In this document: positions 1-9,226 of the stretch, one piece after another
How positions within the stretch are numbered: the stretch's first letter is position 1
Layout: each line of letters starts with the position of its first letter
From: an uncultured Candidatus Saccharibacteria bacterium
Lineage (GTDB): Bacteria; Patescibacteriota; Minisyncoccia; Minisyncoccales; MHMH01
NCBI GenBank assembly: GCA_964472225.1
Contig: CAYYJV010000001.1
Span: forward strand, 1-51,043
Direction of reading: 5' to 3'
DNA: 51,043 nucleotides
The notes under the pieces: generated by a model
Seen by the model: only the letters and a program-made list of their open reading frames with translations
Told to the model about the DNA's origin: nothing
The model's database searches: none
Translations under genes and position numbers: made by a program

Positions 1-165
1 TAAGGAAAGGGAGTGATTAAAATAAAGATAGAGATAAACCGGCTCAAAAATTAAAATCATTCCCAAGGCCAAGCTTCTAATGGCAATTGAGACAAAAAAT
101 TGCCCCGACTCTCTTTTGAGAAGATATTGAAGAAAATTAATTGGAGAAAAATAAAAAGGCATATT

Positions 166-225
166 CCGTGATCACAAGGTTTCCCCCGGCTCCCGTTTTG
201 GATAATTTTCAACGCGGCGGAAACC
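166..225 (-). repeat. Copy A of a GC-rich, inverted-repeat-bounded intergenic element (consensus orientation on the minus strand)
   Basis: The minus strand reads GGTTTCCGCCGCGTTGAAAATTATCCAAAACGGGAGCCGGGGGAAACC followed by TTGTGATCACGG. The termini GGTTTCC(G/C)CCG and CGGGGGAAACC pair as a long hairpin. The termini, the internal GAAATTATCCAAAAC block and the GTGATC tail match those at 40885-40990, and similar termini occur at 31143-31209 and 22721-22868. It lies just 3' of tsaD. Confidence 0.55.
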
Positions 226-232
226 TAAAATT

Positions 233-1231
233 TTATAAATTTTTAATTCTAAGATTAGCATCGGCTTTGATATCTTTTAATTTCTTTCTTTCTTTTCTGT
301 GAAAATAGCAGGTTACCGCTACCATGGCTGCGTTGTCTGTGCACAAGCTCTTAGGGGGGACAAAAATTTTGGTCTCTTTTCGGAATTGCTTCCTTAATTC
401 ATCGTTGGCGGCCACGCCTCCCCCAAGAAGCACTGATTTCACTTTGTAATCTTTAACGGCTTTCAAGGTTTTATAAATTAAAACATCAATAATTGCCTGT
501 TGAGCTTCAGCTGCCATAAATCTTTTGTTATATTTCCCTTCCCTCACTTTATATAATACCGCAGTTTTGAGCCCAGAGAAACTGAAATCGTAATTTTTCT
601 GCTTAATCATCGGTCTCGGCAAAGAAATTTCGAATTTCGAATTTCGAATTTTAAATTTAGCCGCTTGAGCTGCGATCGCTGGTCCCCCGGGATAACCCAG
701 ACCTAAAATCCTAGCCACTTTATCAAAACATTCGCCAGCCGCATCATCCTTCGTTTCACCAACCAATTTATATTGACCAATTTTCTTCATCAAGATTAAC
801 TGCGTATGTCCACCGCTGACCACTAAAGCCACCGCCGGAAACTGAATCGCAGTTGAACTGCGATTAATGAGATTCGCAAGTATGTGGGCCTCGATGTGAT
901 TTACAGGAATTAACGGTTTTTTATATCTTTTGGCCAAATCTTTGGCAAAATTTATTCCTTGCCACAAACAAGGTTCCAAACCGGGACCCACGGTCACCCC
1001 AATAAGATTAATGTCAGAAAACTTGTATCCCCTCATGGCCTTTCTTAAAACTTGAGGCAGATTCTTCTGGTGCTCCCTTTTGGCCAGAAAAGGATAAACT
1101 CCTCCGTATTTTTTGTGGAGTTTTACTTGGGAAGATATAATATTGGAGATTATCTTGAATCCCGACCTTCCCGCCTCCAAAAGAGATATGGCCGTATCAT
1201 CGCAGGAAGTGTCTATGCCTAGAATAATCAT
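233..1231 (-). CDS. tsaD: tRNA N6-adenosine threonylcarbamoyltransferase TsaD (Kae1/Gcp family)
   Basis: 332 aa. The N-terminus ILGIDTSCDDTAISLL, plus VNHIEAHI, GGPAI and DFSFSGLKTAV, are typical of TsaD. It overlaps tsaC by 4 nt. Confidence 0.9.
   Translation of the reverse strand: MIILGIDTSCDDTAISLLEAGRSGFKIISNIISSQVKLHKKYGGVYPFLAKREHQKNLPQVLRKAMRGYKFSDINLIGVTVGPGLEPCLWQGINFAKDLAKRYKKPLIPVNHIEAHILANLINRSSTAIQFPAVALVVSGGHTQLILMKKIGQYKLVGETKDDAAGECFDKVARILGLGYPGGPAIAAQAAKFKIRNSKFEISLPRPMIKQKNYDFSFSGLKTAVLYKVREGKYNKRFMAAEAQQAIIDVLIYKTLKAVKDYKVKSVLLGGGVAANDELRKQFRKETKIFVPPKSLCTDNAAMVAVTCYFHRKERKKLKDIKADANLRIKNL
624..658. repeat. Heptanucleotide array inside tsaD (3 perfect CGAATTT units plus degenerate flanking units)
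   Basis: The plus strand reads GAAATTT CGAATTT CGAATTT CGAATTT TAAATTT. It is translated in frame on the minus strand as KFKIRNSKFEIS, in the loop preceding the conserved LPRPM block. Confidence 0.7.
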
Positions 1232-1782
1232 GGTCTTAAGATTTTAGGGGGTATAGCCGTCAAATCAACAATCGTGGAGGGTCGCGATTTTTTTAGGTTT
1301 CCCGCGTCAACAATTAAATCCGGCTGACATTTCCGGCCTTTAAATTGTTTTATAATCTCTGTTATCCTGCCGGAGCCGGGCTTTCCCGAGATGTTTGCCG
1401 AAGTTCCGCTAATCGGCCTGTTTACGGCCGACATCAGTTTTCGTATGAAATCGCCCCGGGGAATCCTCAACCCCAGGGTCCCGCCTTCTTTGCTTTTTAA
1501 AACAACCGTCACTTTTCCCGGCCAAACCTTTTTCAAGAACTCTTCCTGTTTTTTGTCGATATAACAAAAACGCTTTGCCATTTTGATGTCCTTCACAAAA
1601 ACCGGAACCTGCTTGTTTTTGGCCCTTCCTTTTATCTTAAAAAGCTTGCTCATCGCCTTCCGGTTCCCGACGTCGCACAATAATCCGTAAATCGTATCGG
1701 TGGGAAATACGACTATCTGCCCTTTTAAAATCGCTTCGGCCGCCTTTCCGATTGTTTTCCCCTTTAATTTTACAATCTCCAT
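1228..1782 (-). CDS. tsaC: L-threonylcarbamoyladenylate synthase, short YrdC/TsaC type
   Basis: 184 aa. It has the YrdC-like motifs VFPTDTIYGL and GTSANISG. It forms an operon with tsaD through overlapping stop and start codons. Confidence 0.85.
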   Translation of the reverse strand: MEIVKLKGKTIGKAAEAILKGQIVVFPTDTIYGLLCDVGNRKAMSKLFKIKGRAKNKQVPVFVKDIKMAKRFCYIDKKQEEFLKKVWPGKVTVVLKSKEGGTLGLRIPRGDFIRKLMSAVNRPISGTSANISGKPGSGRITEIIKQFKGRKCQPDLIVDAGNLKKSRPSTIVDLTAIPPKILRP

Positions 1783-1805
1783 TACTATATTTTAATTTAA
1801 AATAT

Positions 1806-1840
1806 GCCAAAGAGAAAGACCGGAGCAAGCTCCGGTCTTT
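1806..1840 (-). terminator. Rho-independent terminator after the GNAT gene
   Basis: The stem GACCGGAG / CTCCGGTC (1818-1837) has a CAAG loop. On the minus strand it is followed by TTTCTCTTT. Confidence 0.6.
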
Positions 1841-1845
1841 TCTTA

Positions 1846-2268
1846 TTACATCTTTCGAAGATCCATCCGCATTGTTGTCTCATGCGGATGGAAGCCGCAC
1901 CTCTCATAGAAGGGAATATTGTGCTCGGCGCAGCTCAAAATAACTTTATAACATCCTTGAGCTTCGGCCTCCAGCACAGCGTATTTGACCAAGGTTCTGC
2001 CAATGCCCCGGCCTTCAAACCCCTCCTTTGTGGCCACGTCTTCAATGTGGCCAACCTTGCCGCCGCGGTGGATAAAGTGCTGGGTGACAATCAGCATTGC
2101 CGTCCCAACAATCTCTCCGAAGCGCTCTGCCACAAAAACGGTGGCAGAGGAGCCAAGTTTGATCCTTCTTGCCTCCCGCGGCGTAAGACCTACAAAGGCC
2201 ACGCGAGAAAGGGTTTCTAGAAATCCATTCTCCAAATCCTTCTCCTTAAGTTTCCTAATTTTGAACAT
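1846..2268 (-). CDS. GNAT acetyltransferase resembling eukaryote-type glucosamine-6-phosphate N-acetyltransferase (GNA1)
   Basis: 140 aa. The blocks GFLETLS, VGHIEDVA..GFEGRGIGR, GCYKVILSC and FYERCGF closely follow remembered GNA1 blocks (GHIEDI, GCYKIILDC, FYEKCGF). Confidence 0.7.
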   Translation of the reverse strand: MFKIRKLKEKDLENGFLETLSRVAFVGLTPREARRIKLGSSATVFVAERFGEIVGTAMLIVTQHFIHRGGKVGHIEDVATKEGFEGRGIGRTLVKYAVLEAEAQGCYKVILSCAEHNIPFYERCGFHPHETTMRMDLRKM

Positions 2269-2340
2269 TACAACCCCTCCATCGTTCTTATTTGTTTTTT
2301 AGGGTACATAATATATTAGTTGTTTTTCCAACTTTTGTCA

Positions 2341-2378
2341 AGGAAAAGGCCGACGACTTATTCGTCGGCCTCTTTTTT
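2341..2378 (-). terminator. Rho-independent terminator (hairpin with U-tracts on both strands)
   Basis: The stem GGCCGACGA / TCGTCGGCC (2348-2370) has a 5-nt loop. TTTTCCT follows on the minus strand and TCTTTTTT follows on the plus strand. It lies directly 3' of the 102-aa ORF. Confidence 0.65.
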
Positions 2379-2685
2379 ACTTGACAAACTGACGGAGAAC
2401 AATGTCTCCGTTCAGTTCATTAAGACAAAGGGGGCAGTAGGCCACCGCCTCACTGACAATCTCTTCCCCGCACTCGGGGCACCTGCCCTCAAGATATAGA
2501 GCAAGCGGGTGTTTCTCTTTCTCGATGCGGCTGAGGAGTATTTTCGCCTCGGCTAACGAAATTGGGCCGTACTGATTTCCTCCGGCAGAAGAAACTCTCT
2601 CGATGGCCTCGCGCAAAGCGTGAGACAAAATCACTCTTTCCTCTTGGGTTATCCAAAACCCCCCGATTTTTGTGCCCGTTTCCAT
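2377..2685 (-). CDS. Hypothetical small protein with a C-terminal CxxC...CxxC zinc-ribbon
   Basis: 102-aa ORF with CPEC...CPLC. A GGAGG-like RBS (AAGGAGGTTGG) precedes the ATG. It lies between the GlmU-like and GNA1-like genes. I recognise no family. Confidence 0.5.
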   Translation of the reverse strand: METGTKIGGFWITQEERVILSHALREAIERVSSAGGNQYGPISLAEAKILLSRIEKEKHPLALYLEGRCPECGEEIVSEAVAYCPLCLNELNGDIVLRQFVK

Positions 2686-2723
2686 TTGGCCAACCTCCTT
2701 TTCAAGAATGACTCACTATATCA

Positions 2724-3983
2724 CTAATCTTTCGGTTTGTCAATTGTTTTGGATTCGGAAAAAACAATGAATTTATCCTTTATATTATCAAAAATAAGAG
2801 TGCCCGGCCCCACTAAAGAATTTGAACCTATTAAAACTCCGGGCATAGTTCCTGTATGAATTCCAAAAGAAGTTTTCTCGCCAACGATTGCGCCCAGGTA
2901 AGTAATTCCCGTATCGATCTTTTTACCCTTAACGAGCGATTTTATGCTCTCTCTGTCCAGACGCCGATTGGCGGTAATGAAGCCGGCACCGAAGCGGCAG
3001 TCTTTTCCTATAACCGAATCACCGAGATAGCCGGAATGAAAATGGGTCCCCGCTTGGACAATGGAGTTTTTTATTTCAAAAAAAGCGCCGGTCGTCACTT
3101 CTTTTTCCAGACTGACGGGGCCACGGAAAACATTGGCCGCCCCGATTTTGCAGCCATCTCCTATGTAGCAGGGGCCGGTCAAAACCGAATTATCGCCGAC
3201 GGATGCGTTCTTGCCTATGTAGACCCTTCCTTTAATGACTACATTTCTGCCGATGAAAGCCGAAGAAGCTATCTTCTTTTTGAAATTTTTTGAATTTAAA
3301 AAAATATCCAAAGCATCAAGGGCGTTCCAGGGATATTTAAGGGATATGGGACTTTTTGCGGTCAAAACCAAATCGGCGCGCTTTTCCTTTATGAAAAGGT
3401 TCATTGCGTCTATCAAGGCATCTTCTTTCGGGGGAACCTTTTTTAAATATCCGAATATTTCTTTCGGAAAAACATAAGTTTCGCTGGTTTTAACATCGGA
3501 AGGCTCTTTGCCTTTTGCCGGATTTTCCACTATTTCCACAACCTTTCCGCTTTTAAACTTCGCTATTCCGAATTCCCAAGGAGTGGATGTTCTGGTGCCG
3601 ACGAAAACTATCCTGCCGGCGTATTTTTTGATCAGCCGGGGAAGATAATCGTCCAGGTCTATCTTATGCCCGCCGATAACCACGAATGGTCCCTTTATCA
3701 GCCCTTCCGCCCGCCTTAAGGCATCGCCGGTCCCCAGCGGCTTGGGCTGGACCACATAGCGAATTCGCAGAGGAGCGGAATAGTTTTTGAGCTCTCTTTC
3801 TATATCTTTTTTCGACCCCTGGATAACAACGGCTTCCCTTATTCCCGCTCTTTTCAGCCCTTCAAGGGCATGCAATATCAAAGGCCTTCCTCCTAAAATT
3901 AAAAGGGACTTGTGCTGGTAATTTAACGGCCAAAAGCGGGAACTCTCACCCGCAGCCAAAATTACCGCCTGATTAATCTTCAT
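2724..3983 (-). CDS. Bifunctional sugar-1-phosphate nucleotidylyltransferase with a left-handed beta-helix acyltransferase domain (GlmU-like, archaeal type)
   Basis: 419 aa. The N-terminus AVILAAGESSRFWPLN...GTGDAL is a nucleotidyltransferase fold. The C-terminal half has hexapeptide-repeat character (IGRNVVIKGRVYIGKNASVGDNSVL...). Confidence 0.75.
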   Translation of the reverse strand: MKINQAVILAAGESSRFWPLNYQHKSLLILGGRPLILHALEGLKRAGIREAVVIQGSKKDIERELKNYSAPLRIRYVVQPKPLGTGDALRRAEGLIKGPFVVIGGHKIDLDDYLPRLIKKYAGRIVFVGTRTSTPWEFGIAKFKSGKVVEIVENPAKGKEPSDVKTSETYVFPKEIFGYLKKVPPKEDALIDAMNLFIKEKRADLVLTAKSPISLKYPWNALDALDIFLNSKNFKKKIASSAFIGRNVVIKGRVYIGKNASVGDNSVLTGPCYIGDGCKIGAANVFRGPVSLEKEVTTGAFFEIKNSIVQAGTHFHSGYLGDSVIGKDCRFGAGFITANRRLDRESIKSLVKGKKIDTGITYLGAIVGEKTSFGIHTGTMPGVLIGSNSLVGPGTLIFDNIKDKFIVFSESKTIDKPKD

Positions 3984-4957
3984 AACAAAGAAATTAAAAC
4001 ATTGGAGACCTTTTGGGAATCGTGCTCCAAAAGATCGGGTTTTAGTAAGTTTAAACCTATAAAATTAGGTGGTAAAGAAGCCCGATCAAAAGAAACCGGT
4101 TCCAAAAATTGAGGGTGTTCCTTTTTATATTTTTCGATTATCTTTTTTGGAGGAAAGGAATTGTTGTAGAGCACGAAATCCAACCTGTCTTCCAGCAACT
4201 TTTCAATTTCTCCGGCAAAGTTTAAAACCGAAAAGCCATTGGTTTCGCCGTTTTTAGTCATTAAGTTGCAGATATAGACTTTTTTAGCTTTGCTTTTCTT
4301 AATGGCTTCGGGGATTCCTCGGACCAATAAAATTTGGGCCAGAGAAGAAAACAGGTCTCCTGGGCCGATGACTATCAAATCTGCTTTTTTGATGGCTTCC
4401 AGAGATTTAGGATAAGCTTTGGCTTCGGGCTCCAAAAATATTCTCTTTATTCCTATTTTGCCGTCATGCTTGGGAACATCTATATTCCCCTCTCCTTTAA
4501 TAATTTGTCCGTCGTCCAATTCTACGCAAAGGGTGGCATCATCGAGGGTGGCCGGTAAAAGCTCGTGCCTGGGTAGAATTTCCAAATCTTCTTTGATTTC
4601 TTCTTCCAGCTCTTCCATAGATTTTTCAAAATTGTCGGCAGCCGTTACAAAAGAAGAACAATAAAGATTGGCTAGAACGTGATTCTCCAGGGGGCCGTCT
4701 TTTAAGCGAGAGGACAGCATTTCTTTTTTCTGGGGGGATGCGCCGGATAAAGCCAAGGCTGCTCGACGGAAATCGCCAAAAGATACTTTGGTTTTAAAAT
4801 AATCTCTCTCCCGACCCGCCGATCCTCCCGAATCCAGCATGGCCGAAATAACCGAAATCTGTAAAGGATAATTTTTTAATCCCTCCAGCACGGCTTTCGG
4901 CATGGCGTTTCCCCCGCCCAGACAAACGATTCTTTTATTTGAATTTATTGATGACAT
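3980..4957 (-). CDS. yvcK: YvcK/CofD-family protein (gluconeogenesis factor / GlmR-like UDP-sugar-binding regulator family)
   Basis: 325 aa. VCLGGGNAMPKAVLEGLK, SAMLDSGGSAG and IVIGPGDLFSS are typical of the YvcK/2-phospho-L-lactate transferase family. Confidence 0.8.
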   Translation of the reverse strand: MSSINSNKRIVCLGGGNAMPKAVLEGLKNYPLQISVISAMLDSGGSAGRERDYFKTKVSFGDFRRAALALSGASPQKKEMLSSRLKDGPLENHVLANLYCSSFVTAADNFEKSMEELEEEIKEDLEILPRHELLPATLDDATLCVELDDGQIIKGEGNIDVPKHDGKIGIKRIFLEPEAKAYPKSLEAIKKADLIVIGPGDLFSSLAQILLVRGIPEAIKKSKAKKVYICNLMTKNGETNGFSVLNFAGEIEKLLEDRLDFVLYNNSFPPKKIIEKYKKEHPQFLEPVSFDRASLPPNFIGLNLLKPDLLEHDSQKVSNVLISLL

Positions 4958-5792
4958 TATGCCAATTGACTTCTCTCTTTATATTATACCAAGGTCCTTT
5001 CAATTGGGGCCATTGGGATTCAAAAGCGGGTTTCTCGATTTTGTAAAAAAGCCCGATGGGGACCTTGGTGTCTTTTTCGTAAGAATAGTCCCATTCCCTC
5101 GCTTTTTCCAGGGCTTTATTAAAATTACTCGCATCGTGACCGTTGTCAAGCTTGTAAACATTTTTGTTCAAATAGGGAACGGAATATTTATGATAGACAA
5201 TGCATGGCTGCAAAATGTCAATGAAAGAAAACCCTTTATGGTTTATGGCTTGCTTTATTAAATCTTTCAAATGAGAAACCTCCAAAGCATAAGCCCTGGC
5301 CACAAAAGTGGCTCCCGCTTCCATTGCCAAGACAAGCGGATTTAGAGGATTTTCTGCCAAGCCCAAGGGGCTGGAACCATCCTTAAATCCTTTTTCCGTG
5401 GTAGGAGTAAACTGGCCGGTAGTCAGAGAAAAAACCTGATTATTGTGCACCATCATTGTAATATCGGCATTGTAGCGGCAGTTATGAACGAAATGCTCCA
5501 TGCCTTCGGCATAAGTATCGCCGTCGCCGCCAAAACCAATGACTTTCAAATCGGGGTTGCCCAGTTTTATGCCGAAAGCTAGGGGCAAAACCCGGCCATG
5601 AATGCCGTAAAAGCCCTTCAGGTTTAAATAATCATAAATTTTAGCGTGACAGCCAATGCCCGTAACCATAGCCGTGCTGCCGGCAATATCCAACTCGGCG
5701 ACGGCTTCTTTTACGGCCCGTAAAATGCCGAAGTTCAGACAACCCGGACACCACGTATTTATTTCTTTTGTGCCTAAATCTTCCGGTTTCAT
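4935..5792 (-). CDS. 2-oxoacid:ferredoxin oxidoreductase, beta (TPP-binding) subunit
   Basis: 285 aa. WCPGCLNFGI and GFGGDGDTYAEG are the TPP-binding motif of the KorB/PorB family. Confidence 0.85.
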   Translation of the reverse strand: MKPEDLGTKEINTWCPGCLNFGILRAVKEAVAELDIAGSTAMVTGIGCHAKIYDYLNLKGFYGIHGRVLPLAFGIKLGNPDLKVIGFGGDGDTYAEGMEHFVHNCRYNADITMMVHNNQVFSLTTGQFTPTTEKGFKDGSSPLGLAENPLNPLVLAMEAGATFVARAYALEVSHLKDLIKQAINHKGFSFIDILQPCIVYHKYSVPYLNKNVYKLDNGHDASNFNKALEKAREWDYSYEKDTKVPIGLFYKIEKPAFESQWPQLKGPWYNIKREVNWHNVINKFK

Positions 5793-7321
5793 ATTTTTTT
5801 TAACTCTTTAATTATGTCTTCCGGAATAAACGGCCTCCCGTCATATTTTAAAATTTTATCTTTTATCATAAAACCCGTTTGCTCGGCAACGACATCGGCC
5901 AATAAGCCGGTGGCTGAATTTTCCACCAAAATCACTTTTTGAGATTTTTTGATTTCATTGGAAACCTGTTCCCGGGGAAACGGGCTTAAATAGGAAATTT
6001 GTAAAAATCTGAAGTCCGGAAGTTCAAGCAGGGCGTCCAGGATAGCTCCCTTGGTCGAGCCGTGACTAACAATTAAATTACTGCCCTTGCCGTAAACGGC
6101 AACAGGATTCAACTTCTGAATTTCTTTTTCAATCAGCGGCACCTTACTTAATCTTTTTTCCTGACCCTTAGCTACGCTTTCCGCGTCTTCCACGGTGTGA
6201 CCACGTTCACCGTGTTCGTAACTGCTGGCTCTGTCTACCGCATGAGAAACGGGCGTCAATGATGATTTTTTAAGCTCGTCAAAAGAATAATTACTTTCGC
6301 CCAGATGCTTGTCCCCCAAAATAATAGCCGGCGTCCTATATTTACAGGTTAAATAAAAGGTCTCCTGAGTTCTTAATATAGCTTCCCGGGGGTCACCAGG
6401 AGCCACCACAATTCTGGCGAATTCACCGTGCCCTGCATTCAAGGCAAATTTTAAATCTCCCTGTGCGGTATAAGTGGGAACTCCCGTAGAAGGAGCTGTC
6501 CTTTGGGCCAAATAAACGACCAAGGGAAGTTCAGCCATACCGGCCATACTGAAAGCTTCCGTCATTAAAGCGAAGCCGCCTCCAGAAGTGCCAACCATAA
6601 CCTTGGCTCCCGTGAAAGAAGCTCCTAAAGCCGCATTGATAACTGCAATTTCGTTCTCCGGCTGAAAAACTAAAATATTGTTTTCCAGTTGTCTTTTGGC
6701 TAAAAAATGGAGTACGGGGGTAGCCGGAGTCATAGGATAAGCCAGATAAAGATCTATTCCGGCGGCTATGGACCCTATGCCTACCCCCTCATTCCCGGAA
6801 ATGAAATATTTTTCTTTTCCGATCTTTTCCAATTTTTCTTTTACTTCGGCTGATGCATAACCTTCCTTAATGGCTTTCTGAACCAAATCCGACTTCTCCC
6901 CAAAATACTCCCTAGCGGTTGTCAATAAAATGTCGAGGTCCACTCCGAACAGTTTGAAGAGGTAGCCGATCAGAATGTCGTTTTCCAAAATTTTCGGCCC
7001 CCCCAGCTTCTTCACGATGGATTTGAATTCTTCTGTTTTGACGACCAATCCCCCCTTCTTCAGATTCCTTTTATGCAAATCAACTGTTTTTGAATCCAGG
7101 GCCAAAATAATGTCGTATTTTTCTTCGTGAGAATAAATAGGTTTGTCGGAAATCTTGAGAATATTAAAATTATGCCCGCCTCTGATTAAGGAGGGGTAGT
7201 CCCGGTAATTAAAAACGTAATATCCCCAGCGGCAAAATATTTTCCCGATAAGGTGGGCGGTAACGGCCGTTCCCAATCCAGCCTCTCCACCGATAAAAAT
7301 GGTTTTTTGAAATTGGGTCAT
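5789..7321 (-). CDS. 2-oxoacid:ferredoxin oxidoreductase, fused gamma-alpha subunit
   Basis: 510 aa. The N-terminal ~170 aa resemble the gamma subunit (IGGEAGLGT...GGHNF). The rest resembles the alpha subunit (YPMTPATP, GTSGGGFALM). It is translationally coupled to the beta subunit. The substrate cannot be assigned from the sequence. Confidence 0.85.
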   Translation of the reverse strand: MTQFQKTIFIGGEAGLGTAVTAHLIGKIFCRWGYYVFNYRDYPSLIRGGHNFNILKISDKPIYSHEEKYDIILALDSKTVDLHKRNLKKGGLVVKTEEFKSIVKKLGGPKILENDILIGYLFKLFGVDLDILLTTAREYFGEKSDLVQKAIKEGYASAEVKEKLEKIGKEKYFISGNEGVGIGSIAAGIDLYLAYPMTPATPVLHFLAKRQLENNILVFQPENEIAVINAALGASFTGAKVMVGTSGGGFALMTEAFSMAGMAELPLVVYLAQRTAPSTGVPTYTAQGDLKFALNAGHGEFARIVVAPGDPREAILRTQETFYLTCKYRTPAIILGDKHLGESNYSFDELKKSSLTPVSHAVDRASSYEHGERGHTVEDAESVAKGQEKRLSKVPLIEKEIQKLNPVAVYGKGSNLIVSHGSTKGAILDALLELPDFRFLQISYLSPFPREQVSNEIKKSQKVILVENSATGLLADVVAEQTGFMIKDKILKYDGRPFIPEDIIKELKKI

Positions 7322-7405
7322 CGTTTATTATCCTACCATATTTTCTCCAAAATAAAAAACGGCTGCCACCGCGGCGCACGCTTTGAAATGAAACTTGGTT
7401 TCATT

Positions 7406-9220
7406 TTATTCGACGGTGACGGATTTGGCGAGGTTGCGGGGCTTATCCACATCGCAGCCGCGTAACACTCCCATATGATAAGCGAAAAGCTGCAAGGGTA
7501 CGACGCTTAAAATCGGGGTGAGCATTTCCAGGGTTTTGGGAATGTAAATTACGTCGTTTGCCAGCTTTTTGATTTCTTTGTTGCCTTCCGTAGCCAAAGC
7601 AATGATAGGTCCTTTCCTGGCCCTAATCTCCTCAAGGTTGGAAATGGCTTTCTCGTAAACCGAATCTGTCGGACAAATCACAAAAGTCGGGAAGCTCTCG
7701 TCAATCAAAGCAATGGGACCGTGCTTCATTTCCCCGGCTCCGTAGCCCTCGGCGTGAGCATAGGAAACCTCTTTTAATTTCAAGGCTCCCTCCAAAGCGA
7801 CAGGATAGTTGTACTTTCTGCCGAGGTAGAGGAAATTGCTGAAATCTTTGTACTTTTCAGCTAATTTTTTAACCTGGTTGTTTTTTTGCAAAACCTCTTT
7901 TACCAAAGTGGGCAAACGCTGTAACTCTTTGACTATTCTTTGCCCCATCACCACCGACAAATCTTTTTGTCTTCCCAAACACAAAGTAAAAAGAGCTAAA
8001 ACGACCAACTGGGAAGTAAAAGCCTTGGTGGAAGCTACGCCAATTTCGGTTCCCGCTCGATTATAAACTCCGGCGTCGGTCTCCCGGGAAAGGGAAGACC
8101 CCACCGCGTTAACAATTCCTAGGCTTAAAATTCCTTTTCTTTTAATTTCTTTTAAGGCAGCTAAGGTATCGGCTGTTTCCCCGGATTGAGAAATAGCCAA
8201 AACCGCCGTCTTTTTATCAATAATTGGCTTGCGATAACGAAACTCCGAGGCAAAATCTACTTCGGTGGGAAGACCGGCGTATTCTTCCAGCATGTACTCT
8301 CCCACGAGTCCGGCGTGATAAGCCGTACCGCAAGCCACGATGTTGATTCTTTCTATTTCCCGCAACTTCTCTCGAACAGACTCCAAACCGCCGAGCCTGA
8401 CAGAGCCCGGCCCCAAAAGAATTCTTCCTTTGAGGGAATTTTCTATGGACTCGGGCTGTTCCATAATTTCTTTTAGCATAAAATGGGGATAACCTTTTTT
8501 CACGACATCTTCTGCTTCTACTTCCAGAGATTCGGGCTGTTTTTCCCTAAGAATTAAGAGATCGTTGGGAGTTAAAACGGCTATTTCGTTATCGTCAAGA
8601 TTAACTACTTTTTTGCAGTAGGGAGCGATGGCGCTGGCATCGGAAGCCACGAAATATTCCTTTTTGGAGCCAACTCCAATTAAAAGAGGGCTGGAAAGGC
8701 GAGCCACTACCATTTTGCCGGGATCATCCTTGGCAATAATGGCTAAGGCATAAGCCCCTCTGATTAATCTCAAGGACTTTCTGACGGCTTCCTCCAGATT
8801 TCCCTGAAAATGTTTCTCAACGAGATGAGCCACTATTTCGGTATCGGTTTCGGAAGCAAACTTATGCCCTTCTTTTCTCAGTTGTTCTTTTAATTCTTTG
8901 TAGTTCTCAATAATGCCGTTATGGACCAGCCAAATATTGCCCCGACAATCACTATGAGGATGAGCGTTTGTTTCGGTTACCCCTCCATGAGTTGCCCAGC
9001 GCACATGACCAAGACCGATATTGCCGTTTAAGGTGCCGCTGCTCCTTAATTTTTTCTCCAGGGTTTCCAATTTGCCCACGGTCTTAAGGCAGGCGATCTT
9101 GCCGTTCTCAAAAACAACAAGACCCGAGGAGTCGTATCCTCGGTAGCTTTCTCTTTGGAGGCCGCTCATTAAAATGGGGACCGCTTTCTGTTTACCCAAA
9201 TAGCCGACGATACCGCACAT
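7406..9220 (-). CDS. glmS: Glutamine--fructose-6-phosphate aminotransferase
   Basis: 604 aa. It has the MCGIVGY Ntn start, GHVRWATHG, two SIS domains (SQSGETADT) and the C-terminus KPRNLAKSVTVE. Confidence 0.95.
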   Translation of the reverse strand: MCGIVGYLGKQKAVPILMSGLQRESYRGYDSSGLVVFENGKIACLKTVGKLETLEKKLRSSGTLNGNIGLGHVRWATHGGVTETNAHPHSDCRGNIWLVHNGIIENYKELKEQLRKEGHKFASETDTEIVAHLVEKHFQGNLEEAVRKSLRLIRGAYALAIIAKDDPGKMVVARLSSPLLIGVGSKKEYFVASDASAIAPYCKKVVNLDDNEIAVLTPNDLLILREKQPESLEVEAEDVVKKGYPHFMLKEIMEQPESIENSLKGRILLGPGSVRLGGLESVREKLREIERINIVACGTAYHAGLVGEYMLEEYAGLPTEVDFASEFRYRKPIIDKKTAVLAISQSGETADTLAALKEIKRKGILSLGIVNAVGSSLSRETDAGVYNRAGTEIGVASTKAFTSQLVVLALFTLCLGRQKDLSVVMGQRIVKELQRLPTLVKEVLQKNNQVKKLAEKYKDFSNFLYLGRKYNYPVALEGALKLKEVSYAHAEGYGAGEMKHGPIALIDESFPTFVICPTDSVYEKAISNLEEIRARKGPIIALATEGNKEIKKLANDVIYIPKTLEMLTPILSVVPLQLFAYHMGVLRGCDVDKPRNLAKSVTVE

Positions 9221-9226
9221 ATATGT

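Noticed and set aside
1-60. Possible 5' end of a minus-strand gene (MILIFEPVYLYLYFNHSLSL...) running off the left edge.
   Set aside because: Only 20 codons are visible, the RBS is weak, and there is no way to verify it. It is not reported as a feature.
1804-2302. Plus-strand ORFs (138 aa and 105 aa) overlapping the GNAT gene. Similar antisense ORFs lie inside other long genes, for example 2856-3293, 7836-8476, 9341-10408, 24290-24930, 35291-35893 and 37575-38208.
   Set aside because: They are shadow ORFs on the strand opposite well-supported conserved genes. They have low-complexity or odd composition, no RBS and no recognisable motifs.
7386-7406. Hairpin AAATGAAAC-TTG-GTTTCATTT at the glmS stop as a terminator.
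   Set aside because: The stem is AT-rich, no U-tract follows on the transcribed strand, and korA follows closely. The evidence is insufficient.
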